A DNA stretch of 64,000 nt. It comes from a virus. Shown one piece after another: positions 20,695 through 29,838 of this stretch. The position numbers were made by a program, and so were the translations under genes. How positions within the stretch are numbered: the stretch's first letter is position 1; the number at the start of each line of letters is the position of its first letter. Location: IMG/VR virus record IMGVR_UViG_3300042503_002645, positions 55,045 to 119,044 of that record. One strand, given 5' to 3'. Under the pieces are notes generated by a model. The model had not been told where the DNA came from, did no database searches, and was given only the letters and a program-made list of their open reading frames with translations.

Positions 20695-21477
20695 ATGTCG
20701 GGCGCCCGCATCCTTTACCCCCAGTTTCGCGACCAGCAGGCGGACTCTCGCTATCCGTTCGCTGACCGCGCCACGCTGGTGTCTCGCGAGCGACAGCTCG
20801 AGATCGGCCGCGACACGTTCATTGACGCCGCGCTGTACGCCATCGGCGGCGGGCGGCAGGCGTACATTTCTGCGGTGGTGGTCACGCCGCAGCTGATCAC
20901 GATCCGCATCGGTGACGTCGAGACGCGCGAGCGCGCCAGCGCCAGCTTCAATCCGCTGCAGCTCCCCGAAGACGGCGTGCTGCAGGTGTTTGATATCTAT
21001 GACCGCCCGGCAGGCATGCTGCTCTCGACCCCGCTCGCCCTGGCCCGGTTCTCGGGCTGGCCCGCCGAGACGCACAGCTTTGCCCAAGCGGCGACCGAGT
21101 TTGTCGCCTCGGTGGTCATTCCGGCCCGCGAGCCGGGTGTGCGGGCCCTGGTCGCGGACGACGGCGCGCTGCTCACCGGGGACGTCTGGCTCGTCGGCGG
21201 CCGGGGCGTCGTGGTCAGGAAGGAAGACGAGCAGACGATTCGCGTGGACGTGATCGGAGAGCCGCTGTTCAATCGTTTTCTGTGCGACCCAGTGCAGCGC
21301 TTCCAGCCGAAGACGCATCTGCGAACCATCACGGTCGACCGCGTGACCTGCGGCCCGGACGTGTACGGCAACTTTAACATCACGGCAAACGGCCACGCCG
21401 CGGCAGACACGGTGCTGCGAATCTCCGCCCAAGACGGAAACGTTAGAATAGACACCATCGGCCGAAAGGTGGTATAG
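20695..21477 (+). CDS. Virion protein, paralog family member 4
   Basis: 'QADSRYPF', 'LRTI...GPDVYGNFNI'. Confidence 0.65.
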   Translation: MSGARILYPQFRDQQADSRYPFADRATLVSRERQLEIGRDTFIDAALYAIGGGRQAYISAVVVTPQLITIRIGDVETRERASASFNPLQLPEDGVLQVFDIYDRPAGMLLSTPLALARFSGWPAETHSFAQAATEFVASVVIPAREPGVRALVADDGALLTGDVWLVGGRGVVVRKEDEQTIRVDVIGEPLFNRFLCDPVQRFQPKTHLRTITVDRVTCGPDVYGNFNITANGHAAADTVLRISAQDGNVRIDTIGRKVV

Positions 21478-21478
21478 C

Positions 21479-22420
21479 GTGGCGCAGACTAGTTTCTACA
21501 ACGACAACGAATACCGCGCGTACCCTTTCGTTTACCGGTCGAGCTACCCGGGAGCAGCCCTGCCCGACGCCACCATTCTGGACGCTGGGATCATCATGGG
21601 GCTGGACAGCGAGTACGACCCGGCCGAACACAGCGTCTGGCTCGCTTCGATCGCACGCGCGGGCGGTTCGCTGCAGTTCACGTTCGCCACGGATGCGCCC
21701 GGCGCGGCAACCACGCCCCTCGTGTTCTCATGCCCGGATACCGCCGACGACTGGCGCACGGCCATGGCCGAGTCGGATCCGTCCGGTGACGTACTCGCGG
21801 CATGTGATCCGGCGCCCGTTTGGGAGGGCTTCCTGGTCACCGGCCCGCTCACTGATCTGCTCGCGCAGCTGGCGCCAAACACGTCGTTAACCTTTCAGTC
21901 GGGCGTGCGACTTCTCGAGCCTGGCCGCATCCAAAGCCTGGTGCGCGGCTATTTGCGCAGCATCAACGTCGGCAACTTCGCGCGAACGCGCGCACTACCG
22001 CCGACGGCCTGTGCGGACGGTGAAGAGCAACCCGACCCAGACGAGGTTGTTGTCAACGCCACCTGCATGAGCGGCAACATCCGCATCAAGGAAGGCTACA
22101 ACTGCCAGCTGCGCCAGGTCGCCCGCACCAACGAGCTCAACTTCTCGGCGCAACGAGGAGCAGGCGACACCGTAGGCGCCGAGCTGTGTGCGCACGGCGG
22201 AGAGCTCCCCCTGTATGACGATGAGCCGTTCGATCCGCAGACTGGTTTTTACAGCGGCGGCGCGGCTTGCAACCAGGTGATTGCCGCGGTCAACGGCGTC
22301 GGCGGTCCCAACATCTCGTTTGTCGGCGGCACTGGCGTCGTTATCACAGCGGACCCGACAACGAATTCTGTGAAGATCGCGCTGGCGCAAGATAATATCG
22401 TCGGCAACTGCGGAACGTAA
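21479..22420 (+). CDS. Virion protein, paralog family member 5
   Basis: 'NEYRAYPF', 'IAAVNGVGGPNISF'. Confidence 0.65.
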   Translation: MAQTSFYNDNEYRAYPFVYRSSYPGAALPDATILDAGIIMGLDSEYDPAEHSVWLASIARAGGSLQFTFATDAPGAATTPLVFSCPDTADDWRTAMAESDPSGDVLAACDPAPVWEGFLVTGPLTDLLAQLAPNTSLTFQSGVRLLEPGRIQSLVRGYLRSINVGNFARTRALPPTACADGEEQPDPDEVVVNATCMSGNIRIKEGYNCQLRQVARTNELNFSAQRGAGDTVGAELCAHGGELPLYDDEPFDPQTGFYSGGAACNQVIAAVNGVGGPNISFVGGTGVVITADPTTNSVKIALAQDNIVGNCGT

Positions 22421-22431
22421 GGCAAGGCAGC

Positions 22432-24582
22432 ATGACGCCTGTCGACCCCATCTTTGATCCGGACAAGTGTGGCCTGGGAGAGATTCCCAAGCCGCCGACG
22501 GACTTCGTCCAGGACTGCGAGATCAAAGAGCCGCCGCCGCCGATTTTCGATTGCGCGCCGCCGATTGTGCCGGTGGACCCGCCGCCCCCGCCGTGCCCCG
22601 AGTTTGACGCGACTGTGGTGGTGGACGTCGCGCGGGCGGGATGCAGCGGCCCGTCTGCGCCCAGCGGCGTGATCACGATTACACCGCTCGATACGGATCC
22701 GTGCCGCTTCGCGCTCGATCTCGATCTGTCGATCCCCGTGCCCGCGGTGCCGTGCCCAGACATAGGTGGCGGGGACGTGCTGGTGAACGTTGGTTACGCC
22801 GACTGTGTCTCGGGCGCCAGCGGCACGCTGACGATCACGCCCACGCCGCCGACTGACCCGTGCAGCGGCAACGAAGAAGACCAGCGCTGCCGGTTTACGG
22901 TCGACCTCGACTTGCAGGTGCCTATTCCGCGGCCGCCATGCCCGGAGATCAACGAGGGCACGGTGGCGGTGAGCGTCGGTTACGACAACTGCGTGTCGGG
23001 GCCCAGCGGCGCGTTCACGATTACCAAGACTGAAACGCCCGGCGACTGTGACACGCCCGCTGGTTGCGAGTTCACCATTGACCTCGACCTCCAAGTGCCG
23101 GTCCCCGTGCCGCCTTGCCCGACGATCAACGAAGGCACGGTAGCGGTGAACGTCGGCTACGACGATTGCGTTTCGAGCGCGGGCGGCGAGTTCACGATCA
23201 CCAAGACCGAAACGGCGGGCGACTGCGATACGCCGCCCGGCTGCGAATACACCATCGACCTCGACCTGTCGATCCCCGTGCCGCGGCCACCCTGCCCGAC
23301 GCTGTCTGCGACGGGAACCATTCAATACGGCGCGGCTCCGGCGGTCACCGTTTCGGCCACCACCAACGAGACGCCCGGCGACTGCGACACGCCCGCGGGT
23401 TGCGAGTTCGACCTGTCTATCGACATCACCGTGCCCCAGCCGCCGTGTCCTGAGATCAGCGGCACGCTCTCGGTTTACGAGGCCGCTGCGCCGACGGGCG
23501 CCTTTACCGTGACCCGCAACGAAGCGGTGTCTGGAGCCTGTGAGTTCTCGCTCGATATCTCGCTTGGAATTCCCAAACCGCCATGTCCTGAGATCAGCGG
23601 CACGCTCTCGGTTTACGAGGCTGCTGCGCCGACGGGCGCTTTTACGGTCACCCGCAACGAAGCCGTGTCCGGGGCCTGTGAATTCTCTCTCGACATCTCG
23701 CTCGGTATCCCTCAGCCGCCGTGCCCTGAGATCAGCGGCACGCTCGAGGTGTACGAGGCTGAGACGCCGACGGGGAGTTTCACGGTCACGCGTAACGAAT
23801 CAGTGACGGGTGTCTGTGAATTCTCGCTCGACATTTCGCTTGGAATTCCCAAACCGCCATGTCCTGAGATCACAGGCACTGTTTATCTCTACCAATCGAC
23901 AGAGCCGACCGGGGGCTTCACGATCACGCGCGATGAGACAGTCTCCGGCTTGTGCTCGCTGGCGATTGATCTGTCTCTCGGCATCCCCTCCCGGCCGTGC
24001 CCAGAAATCTCGGGCGCGGTCTCCGTGTATACGGCCGAAGAACCCACCGGCGTAATCACGATCACTCAAACAGAAAGTCCAAGCGGGTTGTGCAGCTTCG
24101 ATATCGATCTGGAGATCGGAGTGCCAACAGGGCGGCCGTGTCCGGTAATCACCGGCGCCATCACTGTCCACGAAACTTACGACCCAACGGGCGTGATCAC
24201 GATTACGCCCACGGAGCCGTCCGGCCCCGGCGCACCATGCCAATACAGCGTAGACGTGGAAGTTGGCTACGTTCGCGCGAAGATCGAAAAGGGCGAGGTC
24301 ACGTGCGCCTATACCACTTGCGGCGTGGATCCGACGTGCGACGTGCTCATTCACGAACCAGATGAGTACGGCGTGCAGAAACTGGATATCGCCATTTACA
24401 TCCCGCGCCCGCCGGAGTACACCGGTGGCGAGCTGGTGCTCCGCGACGCGAGCAACAACGTTTACGGCACGGGCCACATCTCAGTGGGCGCCACTGGCTG
24501 CTCTCGTGACGTCAGCGGCGCGGTTACGCTTAACGTCACCGCGTGCAGCTCGGGTGGCAGCCCCGGCGATATCCCGATTTAA
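22432..24582 (+). CDS. Cys/Pro repeat protein (putative fibre or appendage shaft)
   Basis: About 11 tandem modules, each starting 'PCP' and ending 'C(E/R)F.(L/I)D(L/I).L.IP'. Confidence 0.75.
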   Translation: MTPVDPIFDPDKCGLGEIPKPPTDFVQDCEIKEPPPPIFDCAPPIVPVDPPPPPCPEFDATVVVDVARAGCSGPSAPSGVITITPLDTDPCRFALDLDLSIPVPAVPCPDIGGGDVLVNVGYADCVSGASGTLTITPTPPTDPCSGNEEDQRCRFTVDLDLQVPIPRPPCPEINEGTVAVSVGYDNCVSGPSGAFTITKTETPGDCDTPAGCEFTIDLDLQVPVPVPPCPTINEGTVAVNVGYDDCVSSAGGEFTITKTETAGDCDTPPGCEYTIDLDLSIPVPRPPCPTLSATGTIQYGAAPAVTVSATTNETPGDCDTPAGCEFDLSIDITVPQPPCPEISGTLSVYEAAAPTGAFTVTRNEAVSGACEFSLDISLGIPKPPCPEISGTLSVYEAAAPTGAFTVTRNEAVSGACEFSLDISLGIPQPPCPEISGTLEVYEAETPTGSFTVTRNESVTGVCEFSLDISLGIPKPPCPEITGTVYLYQSTEPTGGFTITRDETVSGLCSLAIDLSLGIPSRPCPEISGAVSVYTAEEPTGVITITQTESPSGLCSFDIDLEIGVPTGRPCPVITGAITVHETYDPTGVITITPTEPSGPGAPCQYSVDVEVGYVRAKIEKGEVTCAYTTCGVDPTCDVLIHEPDEYGVQKLDIAIYIPRPPEYTGGELVLRDASNNVYGTGHISVGATGCSRDVSGAVTLNVTACSSGGSPGDIPI
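23446..24140 (+). repeat. Tandem 138-bp (46-aa) intragenic repeats
   Basis: The Cys codon of 'CPEI' recurs at 23446, 23584, 23722, 23860 and 23998 (138-bp period), then 'CPVI' at 24139. Confidence 0.9.
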
Positions 24583-24626
24583 GTTAGCCGCGTAGTGTTT
24601 GAAAATGCGAAACAGCGTGATGCCTG

Positions 24627-25487
24627 ATGGCTGTAAAGTATTTGTTTACCCACTACGGCAAGTTGCTTGTCTCCGGCGCCGCGCTGGCGATCAGCTCAGC
24701 GTGTTGTTGCTCGTCGTCATCGTCGAGCAAGTCGTCGTCTAGCTCCAGCTCCAGCTACAGCTCCAGCTCCAGCTCCAGCTCCAGCTCCAGCTCCAGCTCC
24801 AGCTCGCGTTCCAGCTCCAGTTCTAGCTCCAGCTCCAGCTTCAGCTCCAGCTTCAGCTCCAGCTCCAGCTCCAGCTTCAGCTCCAGCTTCAGCTCCAGCT
24901 CCAGCTCCAGCTTCAGTTCCAGTTCCAGCGACAGCTCTAGCTCCAGCTCCAGCTTCAGCTCCAGCTTCAGCTCCAGCTCCAGTTCAAGCTCCAGCTCTAG
25001 CAGCAGCTCCAGCTCTAGCCGCAGCTCTAGCTCTAGCTCTAGCTCTAGCTCGAGCTCCAGCCGGAGCTCCTTTAGCTCCAGTTCCAGCCCCAGCTCGAGC
25101 GACAGCAGCCTGTCCAGCTCCAGCCGCCGCGGCGGTTGGAAATGTGTGTCTTCGAGCAGCTCGTCCAGTTCCTCGAGCAGTTCGCCCAGTTCTTCGAGCC
25201 GCTCGTCGCAGTCGCAAAGCTCTAGCAGCTCGACGTACGGAAACTTCTGCCGTTGCCAGGTTGTGAATTACGTTATTGTTGACGGGTCTTGCGTTACGCT
25301 TTCTGCGGAAGAAGCCTGCGCTGCGTGCCCCGGCGCCTGCACCGGCGCCGCGTGTTTTGTCGAGGAACCGTGCGCTGGCGGCGGCTGCGGCTACGACTAC
25401 AGCCCTGGCGATTGCCCGGCGCCGCTGATGCCGATGATGATGATGCCGACTTCAAACGAAAACACGATTTACCTCTGCGACGATTGA
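24627..25487 (+). CDS. Poly-serine, Cys-rich protein
   Basis: N-terminal 'GKLLVSGAALAISSACCC', about 140 aa Ser tract, Cys-rich C-terminus; in operon order. Confidence 0.7.
   Translation: MAVKYLFTHYGKLLVSGAALAISSACCCSSSSSSKSSSSSSSSYSSSSSSSSSSSSSSSSRSSSSSSSSSSFSSSFSSSSSSSFSSSFSSSSSSSFSSSSSDSSSSSSSFSSSFSSSSSSSSSSSSSSSSSRSSSSSSSSSSSSSRSSFSSSSSPSSSDSSLSSSSRRGGWKCVSSSSSSSSSSSSPSSSSRSSQSQSSSSSTYGNFCRCQVVNYVIVDGSCVTLSAEEACAACPGACTGAACFVEEPCAGGGCGYDYSPGDCPAPLMPMMMMPTSNENTIYLCDD
24741..25125 (+). repeat. Degenerate (AGCTCC)n hexamer microsatellite encoding poly-Ser
   Basis: Directly visible AGCTCC/AGCTTC/AGCTCT array. Confidence 0.95.
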
Positions 25488-25499
25488 GCGTGAGCGATC

Positions 25500-26984
25500 A
25501 TGGGTACATGCGTCTACTTCGACGATTGTCCGGGGTGTTATGAAACCCAAGTGCTCTGCGAGTGCTTGTGTGGCAATCCGAACCCGTCAGAGGAGTGCGT
25601 GTGCGCTGCGGCGCCGGAAAGCGTCGAGTGCGTGTGCATCGGTCTGGGCCAGTGGGAAGAGTGCCCCGCTAATCACGTCCTGGTCGTCAACCAGGGAGAG
25701 GTCACTACGACCTGCACGTGCGAGTGCGCTGCTGCGTGCGCCAGCGTGACAGAGGTCCAATTCGATGATTGTTCATGTTGCGACTTAAGCACGCACGAAC
25801 GGTGTTTTGACGCGAACGGCGCCGAGCTGTGCGTTACGCTTTGCACGGAAGGCACGACGCGCTGCAACGCGCCAGGTGACGAGGAATGTCCCTTTGTCTG
25901 CTGTAATTCCGCGACGGAGTTTTGCTGCAACGGCGAGTGTTACCAGGAATGCGCGGCCAACGAAACAAAATACCTGATCACTCGGCCGTGGGAGTGCGCA
26001 TACATTTGCTGCAACTCCGAAACCGAGGTGGGCTGCGGCGAAAACTGCGTGCCAAAGTGCAATGAACCCGAAGTGTTGTCGCAGCGGACGTGTAACTGTT
26101 TTTGTCCGCCTGAGTACGAACGGGTCAACGGACAATGCGTGCAGCGGTCCTACAACTGTCTTGGCGGCGTTTGCCTTCAGGTCAGCGGCACAGGCGGCGC
26201 CTACGACACGCTCTACAACTGTCGCGCCGGATGCCAGGGCGGCTGTAGCGTCATTCCGCTCCCGCCCCCCTCCGTGCCGCTGTTCTGCGCTGACGGCACG
26301 CAGTACGGACTGATCGTCTACAGCCAGTTTGATCCGCTGACTTGTAGCTGGTCGCCCACGACGCTCATCTTCAACATTTGCCAGCCGCCGGAAAGCAGCA
26401 GCTCTGGCGGCGGCCCGGAACCGAGCAGCTCTTCCTCGTCGTCGTGCTGTGCCAAAGCACCTGGCCGAGCGTTTACGGAGCAGTGCGGTTACCTTGTGCC
26501 CACCGTTGTGCCAGATCCGAGCCCGTGCGCAAAGTGGTATATCCGCTACAACTGGTGCGAGACATGTTTAGACAACGGCGCGCCTAAACTACAGTCCGTC
26601 TGGCATTTTCACCTGAACCCCAACACCTGCGCGTTCGAGCCAAGCCCCGGCAACGGGCTTGGCGGTTTCACGTGCCCGCCTAGCTCAAGTTCAAACTCGT
26701 CGGCGAGTTCGATTTCGTCCAGCTCAAGCGACAGTAGTTCGTCAAGCAGCGAGAGCTCGAGTTCTAGTGTGAGCAGCAGCTCCAGCAGCTCCAGCAGCTC
26801 CAGCAGCTCCAGCAGCTCATCAAGCAGCAGTTCCAGCAGATCATCCAGCAGTTCATCAAGCAGCAGCTCCAGCAGCTCCAGCAGATCATCCAGCAGTTCA
26901 TCAAGCAGCAGCTCCAGCAGATCATCCAGCAGCAGCACGGCAGGCGGCGGTCCAGGCGGCGCGGGAGGCGGCGAGCCGCTGTAG
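25500..26984 (+). CDS. Very Cys-rich protein with a C-terminal poly-Ser tract
   Basis: Dozens of Cys in CC/CxC/CxxxC patterns; Ser tract in the last ~90 aa. Confidence 0.75.
   Translation: MGTCVYFDDCPGCYETQVLCECLCGNPNPSEECVCAAAPESVECVCIGLGQWEECPANHVLVVNQGEVTTTCTCECAAACASVTEVQFDDCSCCDLSTHERCFDANGAELCVTLCTEGTTRCNAPGDEECPFVCCNSATEFCCNGECYQECAANETKYLITRPWECAYICCNSETEVGCGENCVPKCNEPEVLSQRTCNCFCPPEYERVNGQCVQRSYNCLGGVCLQVSGTGGAYDTLYNCRAGCQGGCSVIPLPPPSVPLFCADGTQYGLIVYSQFDPLTCSWSPTTLIFNICQPPESSSSGGGPEPSSSSSSSCCAKAPGRAFTEQCGYLVPTVVPDPSPCAKWYIRYNWCETCLDNGAPKLQSVWHFHLNPNTCAFEPSPGNGLGGFTCPPSSSSNSSASSISSSSSDSSSSSSESSSSSVSSSSSSSSSSSSSSSSSSSSSSRSSSSSSSSSSSSSSRSSSSSSSSSSSRSSSSSTAGGGPGGAGGGEPL
26772..26937 (+). 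repeat. (AGCAGCTCC)n-type repeats plus a duplicated 'ccagcagatcatccagcagttcatcaagcagcagctccagcag' block
   Basis: Directly visible. Confidence 0.9.
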
Positions 26985-27055
26985 TGTGTCGCAAATTGTA
27001 TTTTCTAGGTCCCGCGATACACTGACGGTTCACGCGCATCAAGGAGGCGTTGACC

Positions 27056-27583
27056 ATGCGTTGTCGTTATGCAGAAGTGCCGTGCGCCAGCGGGGGCGGT
27101 TTTATTTGTTTGCGTTGCGTGAACTGCAAAAAGCAGCTGAGCGTGGCCCGCAACCTTCGCGACAAGCTTGATGCGACTACGGCTGTTTTGCCAGACTGCG
27201 CCGCCACTACGGATCTTGGCGCGGCCGCCGTTGCGGAGCTTGAAGCGGCAACTGCCGCGGAGGCCCTGCCATTCGCCGCTTTCCCGCCGTTACCGCCCGC
27301 GCGGATCGTTTGGGATCCGACCGGCGCTGGGACGCAACTCAAGTTCTTGCTGTCGAAGCTGGGCATCAAATCAACCGAGAATTGTTCGTGTAATGCCCGC
27401 GCACGCGCCATGAACGAGCGCGGTATCGAGTGGTGCGAGCAGAATGTTGGCGAAATCGTCGGCTGGCTCAAAGAAGAGGCCACACGGCGCAACTTGCCGT
27501 TCCTCGCGTATCCCACGAAGCTGCTTGTTCAGCGCGCTATCAAGATCGCCAAGCGGCAGCGAGACAAGAAAGAGCCGCAATAG
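27056..27583 (+). CDS. Cys-motif hypothetical protein ('GTQLKFLL..LGI....CSC..RA..MN..G..WC')
   Basis: AAGGAGG SD, ATG 27056; a motif type I recall near Cys-rich tail genes in uncultured phages. Confidence 0.65.
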   Translation: MRCRYAEVPCASGGGFICLRCVNCKKQLSVARNLRDKLDATTAVLPDCAATTDLGAAAVAELEAATAAEALPFAAFPPLPPARIVWDPTGAGTQLKFLLSKLGIKSTENCSCNARARAMNERGIEWCEQNVGEIVGWLKEEATRRNLPFLAYPTKLLVQRAIKIAKRQRDKKEPQ

Positions 27584-27592
27584 GAACCAGTC

Positions 27593-29485
27593 GTGACGCG
27601 GCCTCGTCGGCTGGTTCTTACCCACAAGCGGGCGCCCGGCGACACCGTTGTCATGACGGCGCTCGTCCGGGACATCGCGCTGACGTACCCCGGCGAGTTC
27701 GAGGTCGCCGTGGACACAAACGCCCCGGCGTTCTGGGAGAACAATCCCTATGTCGTGCGGCTCAAAGATATCAAAGCCCACGGCGCCGCCGTCCAGCAGG
27801 TCCGGCTGACCTACGGGCAGGGCCTGAAAGAGCAGAACACCGAAACCGTTCACTTCCTTTCCTATTTTCACAGGGACCTCGAGGCCCAGACACGAATCCG
27901 GGTGCCGCTGACCCTGCCGTACCCGGATCTCCACCTGAGCCCCGAGGAACGCTCCCAGAGGCCCGTAGAGGGCCGCTACTGGGTGTTTCTCTCCGGGGGG
28001 AAGTCAGACTTCACCGCCAAGGTCTGGGGCGTCCAGGCGTGGCGCCAGACGGCCCAGGAGCTAATCGGGCTGGGCATCCCGCTGGTTCAGCTCGGCGCGA
28101 CCATCCACGGCCACTGGCACCCCGAAATTCCGGGCGCCCTGAACCTGGTTGGCCGGACCAGCCCGCGGGACTGGGTTCGGCTGATACACCACGCCGACGG
28201 GGTCATTTGCGGCGTAACCGGCGCGATGCACCTGGCGGCCGCGCTACAGCGCCCCTGCGTCGTTCTGGCGGGCGGACGGGAGGCCTGGTGGTGGGAGGCC
28301 TATGTGCGGGAGAACGCCGGTCTGGGAGGCCTCCAGACGGCCCAGAAGCTCGAGGTGCCGCACCGCTACCTGCACACGATCGGCCTGCTGGACTGCTGCA
28401 GGCGGCACGGCTGTTGGAAAAACAAGGTGTTGCCCCTCAACGGCGACCCGTCGATCTGTAAGTATCCGGTGATCCAGCCGGGCCAGGCTGTGCCAAAATG
28501 CCTGGACCTGATTACGCCCGCCCATGTTGTGGAGGCCGTCATGAGCTATTACGAGGACCGGTCGCTGCCGCCGCTCCGGCCCCTGGAAGATGTCGTGCGC
28601 TACCGTGCCGAAGGGCCGCCCGCGGACCCGCCGGTCCTGGCGCCGGACGCCGCGCTTGGCGAACCAGTTGCGCCAACCAACCGCCTGCCGCCCGGCGCAA
28701 CGGACAAAGATATCTTTGACCACCCGGTCATCGGCGGGAAATTCACGGTCTGCGTGTTGTTCTACGGCCCGGCCGAGTTTCATGCGCTGCACATGCGCTG
28801 CCTGAACTCGATCATCGCCACCACGCCGCCCAACCGGATCGATCTGCGCGTGGGGTCCAACGAGCTTTGCGAGGAGACCTGCGCCGTGCTGGACCGGCTG
28901 GTGGAGCACGGCGTGATCACCAAACACTACAAGCACGTGGAAAACGCGCTGAAATACCCGGTGATGCGCGAAATGTTTCACGACCCCGATGCGCCCATCA
29001 CAACCAATTACCTGCTTTGGTTCGATGACGACTCCATCGCCGATCGAAATCAGCAGTGGCTGACGCTGCTTGCCAAGACGATTATTGCCAACCAAGAGGC
29101 CGGGTTGTTCGGCGCCGACATGACCATCCGACTGGCCCCGGCGCAGCAGCAACTCTACCGTTCGCGGCCCTGGTACCGCGGCCAGCCGTTCCTGATGCGC
29201 AACAAACGGCCCGCGCCCAATGGCGACCACACGCTTTTCGTGGCCGGTGGGTTTTTCGCGCTGAAGACCGAGGCGCTGCGTGCCGCAGACGTTCCAGACG
29301 CGACGCTCACGCACAACGGCGGCGACTACACGATTGGCGAACAGCTGCGCCAGGCAGGCTACGCCGTCGTGGGCTGGAACCGGCAGAAGCAGTACATTCA
29401 TACATCGAGCGTGCCGCGCCGCGGAGTGGCGCAGCCCCATTTCGGGACGACTGCCTGGCAGGCCGCAATTCGGAGAAAACCATGA
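27593..29485 (+). CDS. Two-domain glycosyltransferase: N-terminal GT9 (heptosyltransferase-like) plus C-terminal GT2-like domain
   Basis: 'APGDTVVMTALVRDI', 'TAKVW', 'LNLVGRTS', 'GVTGAMHLAAALQRPCVVL'; C-terminal 'YLLWFDDDS', 'FVAGGFFA', 'HNGGD'. Confidence 0.85.
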   Translation: MTRPRRLVLTHKRAPGDTVVMTALVRDIALTYPGEFEVAVDTNAPAFWENNPYVVRLKDIKAHGAAVQQVRLTYGQGLKEQNTETVHFLSYFHRDLEAQTRIRVPLTLPYPDLHLSPEERSQRPVEGRYWVFLSGGKSDFTAKVWGVQAWRQTAQELIGLGIPLVQLGATIHGHWHPEIPGALNLVGRTSPRDWVRLIHHADGVICGVTGAMHLAAALQRPCVVLAGGREAWWWEAYVRENAGLGGLQTAQKLEVPHRYLHTIGLLDCCRRHGCWKNKVLPLNGDPSICKYPVIQPGQAVPKCLDLITPAHVVEAVMSYYEDRSLPPLRPLEDVVRYRAEGPPADPPVLAPDAALGEPVAPTNRLPPGATDKDIFDHPVIGGKFTVCVLFYGPAEFHALHMRCLNSIIATTPPNRIDLRVGSNELCEETCAVLDRLVEHGVITKHYKHVENALKYPVMREMFHDPDAPITTNYLLWFDDDSIADRNQQWLTLLAKTIIANQEAGLFGADMTIRLAPAQQQLYRSRPWYRGQPFLMRNKRPAPNGDHTLFVAGGFFALKTEALRAADVPDATLTHNGGDYTIGEQLRQAGYAVVGWNRQKQYIHTSSVPRRGVAQPHFGTTAWQAAIRRKP

Positions 29486-29838
29486 GCTGCGCGACCTTTG
29501 CCCGCGACGACTTTTACAAGCTCATCGCGGCCGACGATTTCTTCGAGCACAACCCGGCCTTCGCGCCCGTCCAGGAAACCGTGACGCAGTGCAAGCAGGC
29601 CTACGTCGAGAGCGCAGCCAAGAAGAGCTGCGGCTGCGGCGGCTCCTCGCAGCTGATTTTCGGCTGCCTGGACGCGACGCTGGCCCTGATGGAAACATTT
29701 CGCGCCGAGAACCCAGAAGCCCTGACAACGCTGCTCGAGTACGTCCGCCGCAATCGCGGCGACCAGAGAATTACCGCGATAACGTTATACTATCGCAAGA
29801 CATCGCAGGAGCCGCTGCTAAAGGTCACGTTCCCATGA
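29482..29838 (+). CDS. Hypothetical protein (SCGC motif)
   Basis: GGAG SD; ATGA overlap with the glycosyltransferase stop. Confidence 0.6.
   Translation: MSCATFARDDFYKLIAADDFFEHNPAFAPVQETVTQCKQAYVESAAKKSCGCGGSSQLIFGCLDATLALMETFRAENPEALTTLLEYVRRNRGDQRITAITLYYRKTSQEPLLKVTFP

Noticed and set aside
23446-24140. Possible CRISPR array or DGR template/variable repeat pair
   Set aside because: Repeats are contiguous, in-frame coding units with no spacers; differences are synonymous rather than adenine-specific; no cas or reverse transcriptase gene in the window.
24667-25266. Alternative-frame (Ala-Pro)n ORF and reverse-strand (Ala-Arg/Gly)n ORF over the hexamer array
   Set aside because: By-products of a stop-free microsatellite; the Ser frame has the proper start, Cys-rich ends and operon context.
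25427-25446. ATG run encoding MPMMMMP
   Set aside because: Short trinucleotide slippage in a low-complexity gene; no evidence of function.
26609-27057. Reverse-strand Leu/Glu-repeat and Cys/Trp-repeat ORFs
   Set aside because: Antisense shadows of the second poly-Ser tract.
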